Assembly: GCA_028023455.1 (NCBI GenBank)
Contig: JAQFVV010000003.1
Coordinates: forward strand, 8,928,001 to 8,992,000
From: Epiperipatus broadwayi
Taxonomy: Eukaryota; Animalia; Onychophora
Reading direction: 5' to 3'
Length of the DNA stretch: 64,000 nt
The notes below the pieces were generated by a model that did not search any database, was not told the origin of the DNA, and was given only the letters and a program-made list of their open reading frames with translations. The position numbers and the translations under genes are program-made. Shown here piece by piece: positions 37,020 to 52,075 of the stretch. Within the stretch, counting starts at the first letter, position 1; every line of letters starts with the position of its first letter.

Positions 37020-38710
37020 AGTGCCAGCAGTATTTCCAATAATATTTAGGATTTATTTTTATACATGAAAATAATACAATGCCTCCATGTCTTATCTGTG
37101 AAGAAGTATTTACTAATGCAACTATGACCCATCAAAGATGAAAGAGCACATTGAAAAAATGCACCATAATAATAAAAAAATAATGTAAAATATTTGAAAC
37201 ATTTAAAATAAAATCCTTTTATATTCAAAAACGGGAGTTCCCAAGTCATTTTTTAAACCATCCATTTCTAACAATGTTGAAGGTATAATGGAAAATGTGT
37301 AAAACAATATCCTCATATAGTTGATAAAAAAATTAATTTTACCTGAATTAATGAAGATAAATCCAGATCTAATATTAAAAAATATTCAGCTAATTAAAAT
37401 ATAATGTGTTATGGCATCAATGAAATGACCAAGATGTATAAACATCTTTATTATTTGATCTACAAACAAATCCATCCACCATTCACATAAATGAGGTACC
37501 TTTCAAAAAAATAGCATATTGATTATTTTATGTTCACCATTGCAGCCCCAGAAAAGAAGAAATAGAATTTTTTTTTTTACTTTTGAACAATTAGAGACTT
37601 CTAACACAGGTGAAATTATTTTTGATTGTTTTAATTTTTTTTTTTTTTTAGACAAATATAAAATACTTATTTTCATTGTAATTGTAGAGATTTGTGATGG
37701 AGCAAATAGGAAATATAGAGGATTTTAATTTACTTGAAGTTTAACTACAAATTATTTCATTCTTTTATGAATTAACACAATAAATGCCTATTAATGAACA
37801 CATATGCAGAAAAGATAATTTTTAAAAAAATATTCACTTTATCACTGCTTAGCATGCTTTTCATGTATTATGTATATCATATTTATTACTTATAGTATAA
37901 GTTATGAATATGATATATCGAAAACATGCTAGGCAGTAATAAAACGGAATATTTTTTAAGAATATATGTGAAGGAAAATATCTAGAACATTCAAACAGTA
38001 TATCATGATTTGTACAGAAAACATTTTGTTAAAAAAATAATAGTAATAATAATAAATTTTCTGATATTACTATAAATCTATATATAATTACTATAAATTT
38101 TATAAAATCAAAATATTAAATGAATATCTATTTTTACAATTGTGTGGTAGAAATGATAAAATATATAATTTGTAGCTCATACATATGTGCAGTTATCTGT
38201 CCAAAGTTGAAGATTAGTCAAAATGTATGATATAGTTATAGAATTACTCTTTCATATTGATGAACTTATGAACTATTAGATTTAAAAATATATTTACTTA
38301 TCAGATACTTTTTTTCAATTTAGCAATCTCCAAAATAAATTATATGAAAACAATATTAATCTTATTCAAGTGTGAACAATTATTCTTGGATTTTATTTTG
38401 ATCATTTTATATTCCTATTAAACAAATCAGACTTTCGATATTCTCACATAAGGCAAAATATCTGCTGAATGATATACTGATTATTTGAAATAGTTGAAAG
38501 AAGATATGAATGTTCACTTTAAAGATCTCAAAAATTTGGATGTAGTGTCAACAAGGATTGTTGATATATTTGATTGTTATATAATCAAAAATATATATTT
38601 CTTTGCAAGAAGAATTAATCAAAATGAAAGATCTCAAATTATGCAAAATTTAGAATTAAAAGAAAATATGGCAAAGATGGCCAAAATTAAAACATATATG
38701 AATTGTTATT
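37020..38710 (+). mobile_element. Decayed hAT (Buster/Charlie-type) transposase
   Basis: YLGFIFIHENNTMPPCLICEEVFTNATM/PSKMKEHIEKMH (BED-type zinc finger); CDGA-like at about 37695; KEDMNVHFKDL...EELIKMK near 38495-38630. Confidence 0.8.
37822..37959. repeat. Fold-back palindrome inserted in the hAT remnant
   Basis: ttaaaaaaatattcactttatcactgcttagcatgcttttc / gaaaacatgctaggcagtaataaaacggaatattttttaa; inner atatcatatt / aatatgatat. Confidence 0.85.
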
Positions 38711-38719
38711 TATATATAT

Positions 38720-38900
38720 CTTAATATAAGCTGAACATTGATTGTATATATGTGTGGAGATGATAAGCTGGACCAACAGACAAGTGCTGGTTTAGCATAA
38801 AATACATTTATTTGTGATTGTTTGTCTTTTCAATGTGTATATGATCAAGTGTGTCAGCAGTAGGAGATAGCAGGGATAGTTGAGAGTCATGTGAAAGTCT
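38720..38900. repeat. Dispersed repeat family X, copy 4
   Basis: atatatgtgtggagatgataagctggaccaacagacaagtgctggtttagcataaaa aligns with 4726-4790. Confidence 0.85.
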
Positions 38901-40464
38901 GAATTTAAACTGCCTATCTATTACATATTGGAGTGCAGGTGTAAAAATAGCGTGTACTGTAGAAAAAATTCATATATGAATTGTTATTGTTATTAGCCTT
39001 TCTAAATTTGTATTTAGTGGTGGAGATAAGTTTTAGATGTCTGATCAATTTATCAAGATAAAATAGAAGTAGATTAAATATATCAGAATATGGAGATTTA
39101 TAAAGAATATTAAGTAACTTTGAGATCACCATTTCAGACATTACATCTAAACATCAAGTCCAACTATCTCATTAATAATATAAATATTATTGTTATTTAT
39201 TTTATTTTACTGTACTTTTTGTATTATTGTTTGTAAATATTTTTTTATGTTTTCTATTTACTAATTTCATACTTGCATGCAGTATTATTTTGTACAATAA
39301 ATTATTATTGAAATATTTTTCTTATTACAATAAGTTGAAATTTTTTTTATTAAAACTAATATAAAACCATATTGACTAAAATTCCAAACACCATAATTAT
39401 CTTGATATTTTTAACAGTATGGGTATTAGGTACTATGTAGAGGTATTTGTCTTCATCTAAGAATTCTGGTTCTATTGAAGACAATTAGGTATTTCAAAAG
39501 ATCAAAAAATTTGTTGAAGACTAAAAAAAAATTGAAAATTCTATTTGCATATAGATTGCACTTCCATTTGAATCTATATAATAAACACATTATTTTTGAG
39601 TTATAGTAATAATTAAGTTTGAAAGGGTGATGATCTACTGAATGTTTTTTTTGTTGTTGTAAAGGATCATACTTTAAAAAAAAAAGGGGGGGGGAACTTC
39701 TAATCTAGAATTTAACATAATTATTTCATATAAACAGTTTTGATTAGAAAGAGTCTCAATTAAATTTACTGATACCACTGTCAGATAAAATATAATCTAG
39801 ATAAATTATAATATACTTTGGTATATACCATATTAATATTTACTAAATTAATGTAAAAGAAAATCCCAAAAAATAAAACTTTTTAATGCTATAGCAAAAT
39901 AGCAACTTATTTAATTTTAATATTATTTTATTAATCTTTTAAGGGCTCAGTAAAATTAATGATTTTAAATAGTGAGATACTAAAATAAGTTGTGCTAAAA
40001 ATTGGGAAGGAATGATGAAAATATATGGATGGTGATTAAAAACTATATATTAGTGGTTCTATTTTACAGCCTAGTTATTTTAATATAACATATGTATCTT
40101 TTCAGAAGAAAATTTTATTCTAGTCTAATTCTTTCATCTATTGTAAACTTGAGTAATCTATAGATGCTAGGTAGAAATATTTATTAATTTCATATCCAGT
40201 GTCCATTTCCCATGAGTAGGTTCTGGCTTTTGACTTTTGTCAGCAAGAACCATTGAACAAGCTTCAAATGTATTTATTTATTCAGAGGCTATCTTTTACT
40301 TTTTTTTTTAAACATTAAGCTACCAATGTTTTGAATGCAATCCAATTTTTTTGCATAGTTATATAGATATGACAGTTCAATATTTATATATTTAGATGTC
40401 CTCAGTTTTATAATAACTATAAATACCTACTTTGTCTGGTGCCAATTTAATTTGTGCTCATGGC

Positions 40465-40902
40465 CATTTTGAAATCTAATCAACAGCCAAAACCACCAGT
40501 GATACATCCAATAGATAAATGACATAAATATTGAATAAAAGTATTTCAAATTCATATTTTTAGAAATTATAAGCTAGTAAAAATAATATGCTTTATTTCA
40601 TATAGGCATATAGTATAATCTTTTAGTATTTGGAAATTATAAGCTTGGTTTGATCAAAATATTGCAACTTTTGACTGATACTTTGTATTGATCAAACCAT
40701 CCTTTCCTCTCCCTGCAAATTCTGGTGTTTTGCATGTTCATAAAATATTGAGATAAATTAAAAAAAAAAAACCCTAATAAAATAAAGTATATTATTTTTA
40801 CTAGCTTATAATTTCTAAAATATGAATTTAAAGTACTTTTATTCAATATTTATGTCATTTATCAGTTGGATATGTTAGCAGTGGTTTTTAGTTTTCAAAA
40901 TG
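40465..40902. repeat. MITE-like element or fold-back with about 135-bp inverted arms and an inner hairpin
   Basis: aaatgacataaatattgaataaaagta / tactttttattcaatatttatgtcattt; tagaaattataagctagtaaaaataat / attatttttactagcttataatttcta; inner ggtttgatcaa / ttgatcaaacc. Confidence 0.85.
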
Positions 40903-41725
40903 ACAGTGAACGCAAACTAAATCAGGGCCCTTTGTCTAGAATTGGTACATAATCAGAACGCATCACCTAAATTCAGTTTACACAATTCTTTTCAGAAAAA
41001 TTCTAATGATTCTACTTCAGTTCTAGCAACTATAGTAGGTTTGAATAAGGTACATTAAACCCAAAGATTCACTTGTATTAGATTCACATCCAAAAATTCC
41101 TCACAACAAAGAACATAAACTAAAAACTAGTCTGGAGATATAGAAAAGGATTTAATAGCTTCAATTAATGACTCAAGTTTACAATAGTGAGCAGAAATAA
41201 AGTGGAATAAGTCTTGTTAAATCCTGATAAATATTGTATTAACTGTCATCATGTATCATTTTTATTTTTAACAGAGTCTCTTTATATTTCTATATACTTT
41301 GTGAATAATTGAAATGTTTTTTTAATTTTACTGAGACTTAAAGATTGCTTCTAAAGTCATCTCTGCATAATTTTTATTACTTTTAACTTCTGCAATTTTT
41401 GCTTTGACTTATACATCCGTAATCATATTTTTCATTCATTTGTGAATTTTAGCAATTTGATATTTTTTGATAAGAAGCAGAGATTTGTTTGATTCTATTA
41501 CAAAGTATTTTGTTTTGTTATAGTGTATTTCTAAGGGTATATACTATTTTTAAAGGAACAATTTTATTATTAATTTGTCCTTGATTTTTTTCAAACATTT
41601 TACAAAATGCAATAATTTTAAAACAAGTCAATGTAAAATAATATTTCTGAAAATGATCATAATAGTAGTAAACTGCAGTATAAGTTATAACATAAGCCCA
41701 AGTAACTCATTTCAAATGGCTGTAA

Positions 41726-43560
41726 ATCATCATACTTTTCAATCATTATCAATCACCTGTAGAACAAAAATGACTCCAGGTTTAGTTTAATAGTTGTGAT
41801 CTATAGCGTCTTTTCCACATCCATAGGAAACGTGTATCCATTTCATTGCCATCTTCACCATTTTATTATTGTGTTTCAATAATATCATTAATTTCTACTA
41901 TTTTCTCAATAATGAATTCTATTTTCATCCACTCCTTGTTACTTCTATAAGCATACTTTTTTTACAAAGTTATTTCTATCAAACACATTCTATTAGAGTT
42001 TAATTCTTTGATTAATTTCATCCATTATGTTTTCACATGTATTAATAATTCAGCCAACTTTTTTAATTTGCGAATTTAAATATACACATTTAATTTTATT
42101 ATTATCAGTATTTTATTTTCTTTTTTTAAGTTATTCAAAATTACTTTAATTTTTTTAACATTTATTTTTAATACTACTTTGATTTCTTGCTTCTTTTTCT
42201 AAATTTCCTTGAAGTTCTGAAACATAATTTTTTTTAAAAACAACCACTTCATCTGTAAAATCTGGAGAACATATTAAATCTCAAAATATTTTTAACTCTT
42301 AGTTTACCATTTTATGGAATCACTCTATCATACTTCCTATTAATGTTAATCTTCTTAATGTCATCTTATATTCTAATCACTAATATTGCATTTGATAAGT
42401 ATTTTTTAGAAATGTACAATATCCTGTATTTATATATTGACATTATAAAATATTCATCTCCAAAGAAATGTTTATACATTCAAATACTTTTTTTTTTTTA
42501 CAATCTACAAATCTAAGCCAAGTTTGCAACTCATATTCATTGTCTTTCTATAACTTTTTAAAATATTTAAATGAAGTCTATTTTTCTATGATCATTTTAA
42601 AATAAAGCTTGTTTCTTTGGTTGATTAAAATTTCCTTCTACTTCTTCAATTAAGGTGTATATGGTGTATTATATTATATATTCTTTGGTTGATTTGATAT
42701 GAACATTATTGATAGGTGAGTTCTGTAGAAATATTGATGTAGATCATGTATAGAACTGTGAGAAGTTTGATAGGTCTTGTTTCTTAATATCTTTATTTGT
42801 GTCATTCGTAAATATCGATGTCATAGTACATATTTATTTTTTAGACATTTGAGCTTTATCAAATTTTTTTGTTTATTTCTTTACCTGCTTCTTGTAAAAT
42901 ATTTATAATATATTCATCATTTTCTGAAGATTTTTCATTCTTCATAGATTCAATTGCACAACAGAATTCTTCATTTTAAATATAGGGAAATTTCAAATAA
43001 TATTAATGGAATTATAAGGACAATTCTATTTTTTCATTCTTTGTTACTGCATAGTTCTTTGTGGATTTTCCCCCTATATTTTTTGATGTTTATTTTTTTA
43101 AAAATAGTAAAGGTCAATTTTTCCTCTACCCTTCCAATACTAAAATATGTTGTATTTTTGAGACATTTTTTTTTTAATATCTTATATGCTTTTTTCAGTT
43201 ATATATATATATGTCATTAATTCTTTTTTGTACAGATTATAGAATTTTAAACACATAATTCTTCTAAATGTTTATTTCAAAATATTTACATATTTGCCTT
43301 GTTTCAGTTGAAAATAACTGTCTTAATACAGCATTAACTATCTTTTCATTAATCTCTTTCAAATTTGAGCCATTTTGTAAGGCTGTTAATATTTTAAAAA
43401 GATTTACAAATTTTAATGAAATATTTCTGAAGATTATTATATCAACAATTAATCCTTCCTTTCTTATTAATTTTTGTGTTTCTAGCTCTGCATTGATATG
43501 TATTCTACATCTCCCCAGTGGCCACTTCCTGTGATAGCTATTTTTAAGCACATTATAGTC
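41726..43560 (-). mobile_element. Decayed, 5'-truncated and deleted RTE LINE copy
   Basis: 3' tail region tcatcat...aatcattatcaatcacctg; DFTDEVV for DFADDVV at about 42245-42265; ORF 43264-43551 (GRCRIHINAELETQKLIRK, FVNLFKIL...NLKEINEKI) matches the linker of the intact ORF. Confidence 0.8.
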
Positions 43561-46500
43561 TTAATGTATATTGTAACCATATGTTTAATCCTGTGGGTTA
43601 GATATATGTTTTAAAGCATTAACATTTTTTTATAAGATTATAATAACTAAATTTCTTTTCTGTACTATTTATAATAAAAATCTTAAGTTATGTGTTTAGA
43701 TAGTATGAGTTAAAGTAATTCAGTTAGCCTATTTAGTTATCAGTCATTTAAAAAGTTATCTTAGATAGTTTAATATTTGCTTGAAAGAATAAAATCAATA
43801 TTTTGAAACTAAAGAAGCATTAATCTAGAAGTTGCTATTTTCAGCTGGATTTAATAAATAAGGTTGTTTTGTGCTATCTGAAATGACTAGTTAACTTTGT
43901 TAGGATTTTTAATAGTTAATTTTTAAAATAAATAGGTTTAAAGTAATTGCTATGATTTATTAAATATCAGTTTATGTGAGGGTATTTAAAATCAGGGTTT
44001 AAAGGTAGTAAGTGAGATTAGTGTTAATTTTAAATATTAGTCAGTAACTAATTTATTTTCACTGTATTAAAAATGGTTATGTTTAGTGTGCATGCGTGTG
44101 TGTAGATATTTAGTGAATGCAGATGAAATATTGGAAGTTTAAAAGATGTATTAAAAGTAAGTGTATTTTTAAAAATGGATACATTCAATCGGTTTCTAAT
44201 TTTTTTTAAAAAATAAGCTTTTAAATAATACAAGAAAAAGGGTGAAAAAGAGGTATCTGAATAAAAAGAATGTTCAATCTGAAAAGAAATAGATAATTTC
44301 CAACAAGATTTAACTAATTTTCAATTAGTTATTAATATTAATTATTGTTAATAAAAATAATCAATATACTTATATCGAGTTAAGATATAGAATAATAAAC
44401 TTTTATAAAAGTATATTAAGTGTATATAAAAAAGAAGTAATGATAATTATTTAGAATTTTCTTACAAAATCATAATAAAAGATCAATTTATGAAAATCAA
44501 CCTTTTAATTATCATAAGAAAAAGACTGTATTCAGATTGTTTGTGTTAATACAAAAAACATAAGTATTCATCTGGAGTTTACTTATTTATTTGAATAGTT
44601 TTTCTAAACTACTGATTGATTTACGCATATTGTTATGTACTTAGGCAAGGAATAATTATAATTTAAATTTTGCAGTATCATAATTAATATTGCTTAAAAA
44701 CTTGACTTATTATAACAATAAAACTTCATAAAAACAATTTATAATTAAAATTATTCTTCTGTTCATTACTCCTCTAATTATCATTGCCATTAAAATGTGC
44801 TTTGAAAGACACTATTTGCTATTAGAATTATCTGATGTAAGTTCTTGTTATTATTTTGAAGTTGTTAAATTTCATTATTTTTCAAAATTTTTTATTATAA
44901 ATTCTCATCTTTGTGTCTGCTTTATCATAATGAAGGATTGTATGTGTGTTCCTATATTACCTCAAGAAAGAACAGGAAAAGGGAGTTGAACTAAGGAATA
45001 ATTTCCTTACCAAGAAAAAAACTTTTAATCTTAATATGTATAAAAAGAGTATTATAATATCATAAATATGTTTTTGAGAATGGTGTTTGAGGTACCAAAT
45101 TGGTAAGACACATAATAAAAAGGTATTTATTTTGTGAATTAGCTTTATTATTCCAGAGTTTTCTGAATGATTATTTAAAATTATATAAATGATTGTACAC
45201 AGAGGTATAACAACAGCTTTTTGTATATTTGAATGAAAGTTATAAATATAAGTATGTGTGTGAGAATTTTAAATAGTTTAGAAATAAAGTGTTGTCACTA
45301 TTATGCAATAATAGTTTTGTTGGTATACATATAATCTTAAATTGAGTGAATGAATTGTATACCTTTTGTATGTGCATGCAAGATGGATAATTATTCATAT
45401 GTTTATTATTACTATTAGCTCCATGCCTTTTATTATTAGTAATATCATTTTGAAGCAATTTTAAGTGGATATTATATTACTTTTATATGTATTTAGCCCC
45501 TCCATGAAAGAGAGGGTGTGGATCATTTATTCATCAGGACTGCTTGCACATAGTACTGGTACGCCATATTTTTACTAGTTCATATTTCCCTTATCCACTT
45601 TGCCTAGAATTTCAATATTAGAGTATATTTTGGTGTATATTCACAGGAATGTTCAGTTTTATAATTCATTATCAGCTCCACTATAATTTTTTAACTTAAA
45701 GTATATTATCAGTGTCAAGTCTAGTTATTTCCTCACCCCAATATAAGTATTATTAATGTTATAAGTTTTTTTATATTGCATAATATTTGTTGCTATTATA
45801 TTAACATCTATTAAGCATCTCCACACTGATTTTTATTTTTATTAAGAAAAGTTTATAATATCTCCTAGTAGGCTGGACAAAGGCATATACATATATTGTT
45901 TTACTTTATGGATACTGGATTGAAAATTAAGACCATATTTGATGAATAAGAGAAATATTGTGTTGTGAATATAACTTTTTTGATAAAATTGTAGAAATGC
46001 TTTTAAGAAAGATACATCTGTGTATAAAGTTGTTAATATTTGTAAATATAGTATAGTGAACTAAAAGAAATAATAATGATTATTGTAAATAAATATTTTT
46101 GTTATATGGATTATTATATGTTGCAAATAAATATTTTATTATTAATTAAGTATATTTATGTTTTGTTGCTATTATGACATCATTGCATTAGGACATCTGT
46201 TTTTCAGAAAATCTACTTTAATAAAGTTTGCATTAGCAATTTTTTTTAGAGTACATTTCAATGGTCATGTAATGTTTATACATTTATTTTGCTTAATAAT
46301 TATTTAATTAGTCTACTTGCATTTTTAAAAGATAACTGTTATATTATCTATTTCATTTCAAATGGCACTTGTTATGTAGTTGGCAGCATAAAATATACCC
46401 TATCTGTCTTCTACATTATTTTGATTAATCAAATTTGCATTAGAAAATATAAGATTTCTGTATTTTATAATCAGTAAAAGTAAAATAATTACATTTTAAT

Positions 46501-46756
46501 AATTTTAGTATATTTAGAAATATTTGTCAAGTTATTAATCTTATATTATTTAAGTATTTAAATGTTTTGTTCTTATGTAATTTTATTTCTACTTTCTTAA
46601 AAATATTAAGATTCCAAAATAAACCAAGAGAAGTGTCAAATGTTCCATGTTTAGCTTAAATAATAACCATCATATTTTTCATTAAGAAGTTAAAATATTA
46701 CAATTACCATTTAGTTTCGAGTGCATTTTATTCTGAATTTGAACCCTGAGATTAAG

Positions 46757-46935
46757 ATATTTTAAGGCATAAGATATTATATTTTAAACTTGCAAAAAAA
46801 CTTATATTTGAAATAAATATATTTCAAAACATATGATATATTTTAAAATTGCAAAGAATCTATATTTGAGATAAATATATTTTAAGGCAAAAGATATTTT
46901 GAATTATGAAAGAACCTTGTATTTTAATAATTATA
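46757..46935. repeat. Diverged minisatellite, about 57-bp unit x3
   Basis: Recurring atattttaaggca..agatatt...ttgcaaa..a.ctatatttga.ataaatatattt. Confidence 0.7.
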
Positions 46936-47077
46936 TTTAGTCATGATATTGTCTACAAGAGGACTCATACTCTGGTGTTTTAAAAATCCATGTTATATGT
47001 AGTCTGTTTATGTAACCTTTGATTGCTAGCTATCACCTCTTTGTTTGGTCAATGTATTGCAACCATTTGGACAGGTT

Positions 47078-47079
<2 letters not shown>

Positions 47080-47135
<56 letters not shown>
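47080..47135. repeat. (AT)n(GT)n microsatellite
   Basis: Read directly from the sequence. Confidence 0.9.
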
Positions 47136-47136
<1 letters not shown>

Positions 47137-47149
47137 TAGTCAAGATATA

Positions 47150-48179
47150 ATCATTATTTGGATGCTTAATTAATTATTCATTTCATCTTTGGACTTTTTA
47201 AAAAATGAATTCATAATATAAAGTTTCCTTCATCTGCAAATTCATTTTTTCTTCATAACCAAAGTTGTTCCACATTATTTTCTTTTTTAAATTGGTTTCT
47301 ATTCCTAATATTAAAATGTTTTTTATAAACAATTTGAAAATGTTTGATAGTGCTGATCAAAAGTATTTTGTAAATCTGTAGAAAAACCCTCTGTTTCTTC
47401 ATCACAATGACTACTTATTGGGGTATAAAATCCAAGCAATTTTTTTACTTGGTCTGATATATTCCATTTTTCACAATATTGATTTTTTTCCTTCATATTT
47501 TTAATACATGATAAATACCACATGATTTGCACTTCCAACATTTTTGCCTTTATAATAAAATACATGCCATTTTTTCTTCTAATTTAACAAAGTTCAACAG
47601 TCTCATTTAATATTAGATAGATATTTTTTTGTAATTCATGCAATCTTTATTTATTTGAAAAAGATTTATAGTTATAAGTAGCTAAATAAAAGATCATCAT
47701 AATGGCAATCTCTTCTGTAACTAAGGAATTCTTAGCATCATCTGACTCTAGTAATGCCCTGGCTAATAACTTTATATTCCCTAAGAAATAAGGACCATAA
47801 TTTATTATTGTATTTGATAAATGTATTGTAAATATAAAATAGAACCATTATTCAAATAAACATATACCCATATTCATTCTACTTTCAAAAAAATATCAAG
47901 CAATGTTTTAGTTGTAAATTATCAAACATGTTAGAAGTAAAACTATTGTATTTTTTGGTATTAGACTTGGAGATAAAAACTAATAAACTCACTATGTGGC
48001 TATTGTGTGATGGTGCTCAGCATATCAGTATTTATTTATTATGTGAATCATATGTTAATAACAGCTGCAATGATAGTAATATGTAGTGACATTAGAAATT
48101 TATCTTGCTTAATTTTTTAAGCCACTGAAGAGTAATCAACAAATCTTTTTTCAGTTGATAGTAAACTCATTTGTATGCC
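47150..48179 (-). mobile_element. Decayed RTE copy retaining the 5' UTR and endonuclease region
   Basis: aaaaaatgaattcataatataaagtttccttcatctgcaaa matches 20165-20205; aataacagctgcaatga matches 21060-21076; ends at gtaaactcatttgtatgcc, the same 5' end as the intact copy. Confidence 0.8.
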
Positions 48180-49063
48180 ATCCTTTTAAATAGCGGTCTT
48201 TATATGCATATTTTTTTAAATTTAAGATTTCACTTCTTTAAAAACATTTCTCATTCATCTAGATAGTTTTAAAATATATTTAGTTGTTGATTTATATATA
48301 TGAATTTTTATTCTTATCATACAAATATTTTTTGATAAATTTTCTTTACCGATTACATTATATATGTGGCACTCATGTTTAGAAACATTCATTGACTATT
48401 TTTAAATATAAGCACTGCATACTTTTATTTCGGATATATCATATTAAGAATTATTTTGTAGTATTACATAAAATATGTCATCTCAGTTTGTTGCAAGAAA
48501 AATTTAAATATAATGAAATCATGATACCTACTGGCAAAAAAAAAAAAAAGTAAATAAATAAAAACATTAAAATTTTTATGAGAATATATCACAACTGGTA
48601 CATTAGTAGCCCATTTTTCATCTTGCAACTTGCTAATTCTAATATGATTTCATTTATTAACTACATTTTTTTCATGTTAAATATATTGAGAGTACCGACT
48701 TAATTTTTTTTTTTAAATTGATGTAATGTAGTATTTCATTTTATAAAATGTTTTCTAAGCATAATCAAAGATAATTCATACTCTTAATAAGTGATAAAAG
48801 TGAAAACTATAAAAAAATATTTCTAAAAAATGAACCTTATATTAAAAAAGGATGAATCATTCATTAAACAAATAATGAAAAGGCAAGAGCATATTCATGC
48901 CATTGTTGTTTACACTCCTGAAATGGCAAAAGCTATAACCCACTTTAAAGCATATTTTTAAGCATTGAATTTATAGATAGAAGAATAAATGGATAGAATG
49001 TTTCTGTTAGACATTATTATATTGCATCAGAAAGCTTAAATTCTATTTAAAAAATCTGATATT

Positions 49064-49160
49064 TTGCAAGAAGTATTTTGTGAATTAAAATAGAAAGCTA
49101 AGGGAGTAAAAGTAAATGAAGATTATTTAAATCATCTAGATTTTGCAGATGATGTAGTTG
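49064..49160 (+). mobile_element. RTE reverse-transcriptase fragment in opposite orientation
   Basis: LQEVFCELK*KAKGVKVNEDYLNHLDFADDVV vs LQEVFCGLKWETKGVKVNGDYLSHLDFADDVV in the intact ORF. Confidence 0.9.
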
Positions 49161-49757
49161 GGAATTTCACACAATTTAATTAATTTAACTTTTCTATAAA
49201 AATGTATTATAAATATTAAATTTTGACTTTTAGTTTTTCTTTTAATCTTGGATTATATAATGATATGGCAACCCAACATTGATGACTTCCAACATATTCT
49301 ATCTGTTCATTTATTTTTGAAAATAAACTTTTAACATAAAATCACAATTTTTTGTGTGATTAGAATGCTGTAGACAACTAGAAACTTCACATAGATTAAG
49401 AATTAGTTTATCTTCTTTATAAAAATACATTATGGGTATTAAATTCTGTTCATGTGCTTTTAACATGGTCAAAATAATAACATTTTTACATTAACAACTG
49501 CTATTATATTTTCTCTATTTCATTTTTTAAATTAATAGAAATAATTTTATTATATGATTGCAAAGTTCTTTTGATTTATTATATACTGTTGAGAATCAAC
49601 AAATATTACATGTATGTACCTAGCATTCAGATTTTAACATGATTTTTTTAACAATTCAATATTTTCATTAACAAATAGGTTTGAAAATTGTAGTCTTGGC
49701 ATATATTTTTTTTAAAATCATATTGCCTGACCTAAAAATTAATGCAGTTCAGATTAA

Positions 49758-49860
49758 TAGTAGTAAAAATTTGTAAAAACTTTGTAATATATATATATAT
49801 ATCTATATATATATAGTAGTAAAAATTTGTAAAAACTTTGTAATATATATATATATATCT
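49758..49860. repeat. Tandem duplication with (AT)n
   Basis: tagtagtaaaaatttgtaaaaactttgtaa(ta)n occurs twice. Confidence 0.9.
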
Positions 49861-51209
49861 GGGAGTCAAACATACTGCCTGGGATTGGAATCTGGTGAAA
49901 CTTGGAAATTGTTTAAAGTAGCTGAGAATTTTTTAGTAAGCTTAGGATTCTTTTTGTATGTGTTTAACTGTAGTAATAGATAGATGTTTTATTATTTCTA
50001 GATAAACAAAAAAAGAAAAGCATAAAATCTTCTCCAATCAGCAGTTGACTAATTTGATTTTGTTTTGGAAAAATGCTGGAGATTCATTGATCTACATCAG
50101 ACTTTTTAAGTTTTTAAAATCTTTTACTACATATTGTAAACATTATCACAAAATATTCTAATTGATCTATTATACATCAAAATGAGGTATAAACTATGTT
50201 TATTTATATAAGATGTGCATTATTGCATGGAAAATATTTAAACAGAGTTTATATATATATATATGATTTTTATGAAATCTAGTATATGTTGTTTTTATTA
50301 ATGGGAATAATAATACCCCCCATATCATAAACACATTAAAGAAATCAAAAACTTTGATATTTAATATGTAACTAAATGTTCACATTTAATACATGTGTGT
50401 GTGTGCTTTAAAAAAACAACAACAATAATACACTTTCAATGCAATGCACTATAATCATGATTTCAAATTATGTTATTAGACTAAATCTTATTCCATTATT
50501 TGCTTAATTGCATGCTATCTGCTCTTTGATTAGTGATATCTTTTGCATTTAAATAAATCAAACTTCATAAGGTTTTCTATCATCACATTCTCCAATATCA
50601 AAGGATAGTAGAGGAGAAGTGATGATTTGAACAATTTTCTAGCCTTGATTTTATCATCTAACTGAGAATCATTAGATACTCATTAATGATAAATATTGAA
50701 TGATTATCCAGGTTGGCTAAATACCAGTTAACTGAGAGAAAAATCACAGGATTGTGACCAGATTGGATATGCAAATAGATATAATTATTATAGGTTGATT
50801 CAGTGTTATTACCCTGAGTAGTTCGTTGCAGTGGAAAGTGATGAACTTTGGAGGTAAAGATTCCTGGAGTGAAGTTCAACTCTGTAATTCTGATATTCAA
50901 ATGTTACATGATCCCTTGAGTGAATAACTACTTGATTACTTATTAAATGTTATTTCTTTTGTGCTACAGACACCCAGGATAAATTCTAAAATCTGAATAA
51001 GAACAGAAATTATTGAAAAAGCTAATTTGTACTGAAATCAATTGTTTCTTGAATCTCCAATATTGCAATCGAATTATGTTGTTTTTTTTATTTTAAAAAA
51101 AATCTTTTTTTTTCCATATTTATAAAAAGTGGAGAAAATGATAAGACTTAGCAAAGTCTTTGAGAAAATGGTGAAAATCGGGGTAAATAATCAAAAAGAT
51201 TAGTCTTTA

Positions 51210-51340
51210 AATTTAGCTTGAAGTTATAAATAGTCAGATTGAAATTGGTTTGTTTTGATTGTGTTATGAGGCAATTTAATTTAGCTAGAAAAACAGTTTA
51301 ATGCTTGGAAAGATTGATGGAGAAGGAAAAATAAGATATT
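51210..51340 (+). mobile_element. BovB-like RTE C-terminal fragment (different family from the intact LINE)
   Basis: RLKLVCFDCVMR / SLMLGKIDGEG resembles KLKLxYFGHxMR...LEKxLMLGKIEG. Confidence 0.6.
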
Positions 51341-52075
51341 ATTAATGAGATAAGTGAAATCCACCTTCGCCATGGTAAATGTGCTATTGAGGATCCGAAA
51401 AAAATAATAGATAATAAATTATTTTGGAAAATGTCTGTTTTCCAGAAATTGATGTCAATAGCAAGAAATAATATTAGTAAACACACCCTTATTATATATA
51501 TATATAACTTTAGTAATAATGAACTATGTAAAATATTTACATATTTATAATAGAATAAATTTATGTGACACAGGTATGAGTTTGATGAAACTACATCCGT
51601 AATGATACGATAAATTGTTTAACTTTAATGGTGTGTAATTCAAGTTATAGTCACGATGGCTAAACTGAAGAAGAGTTCAGACATTTATTTTCAGGAGTGA
51701 TACTTACATATTAGACCGGTGATGAGGTTTCACACGTATTAGTCTGGCAATAACTTTTTAACATTACAGTCTTGTAAAATAATATCTGCATGGGAAATTC
51801 TGACAAACTCAATCCATTAATTTTGATAAATAATAATAAGTAACTTTACTGAGTCTACAAAATAGCGACCCATAACCTTATTTAGTGAAAATAAGCAAAC
51901 ACGTATTTCCATTTTGAATTGAATCTAGTTATTTGCAAAAATGTCGAGAATTAATCTTATTTTCATGCAAAGTGGCTACCTATAACTTTATTTACTGGGA
52001 ATAAATGAATAAGTATTTACGGTTTTTTTTTTTGCTATAAATGATCTTACAACAACTAAATTTTTAGCAATATAC

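Noticed and set aside
43620-44300. Mitochondrial insertion suggested by G/T skew
   Set aside because: No recognisable mitochondrial gene, rRNA or tRNA motifs; more likely an antisense retroelement remnant.
45553-45579. Helitron 3' end (short palindrome followed by CTAGT)
   Set aside because: The hairpin is weak, and no 5' TC end or Rep/helicase remnant was found.
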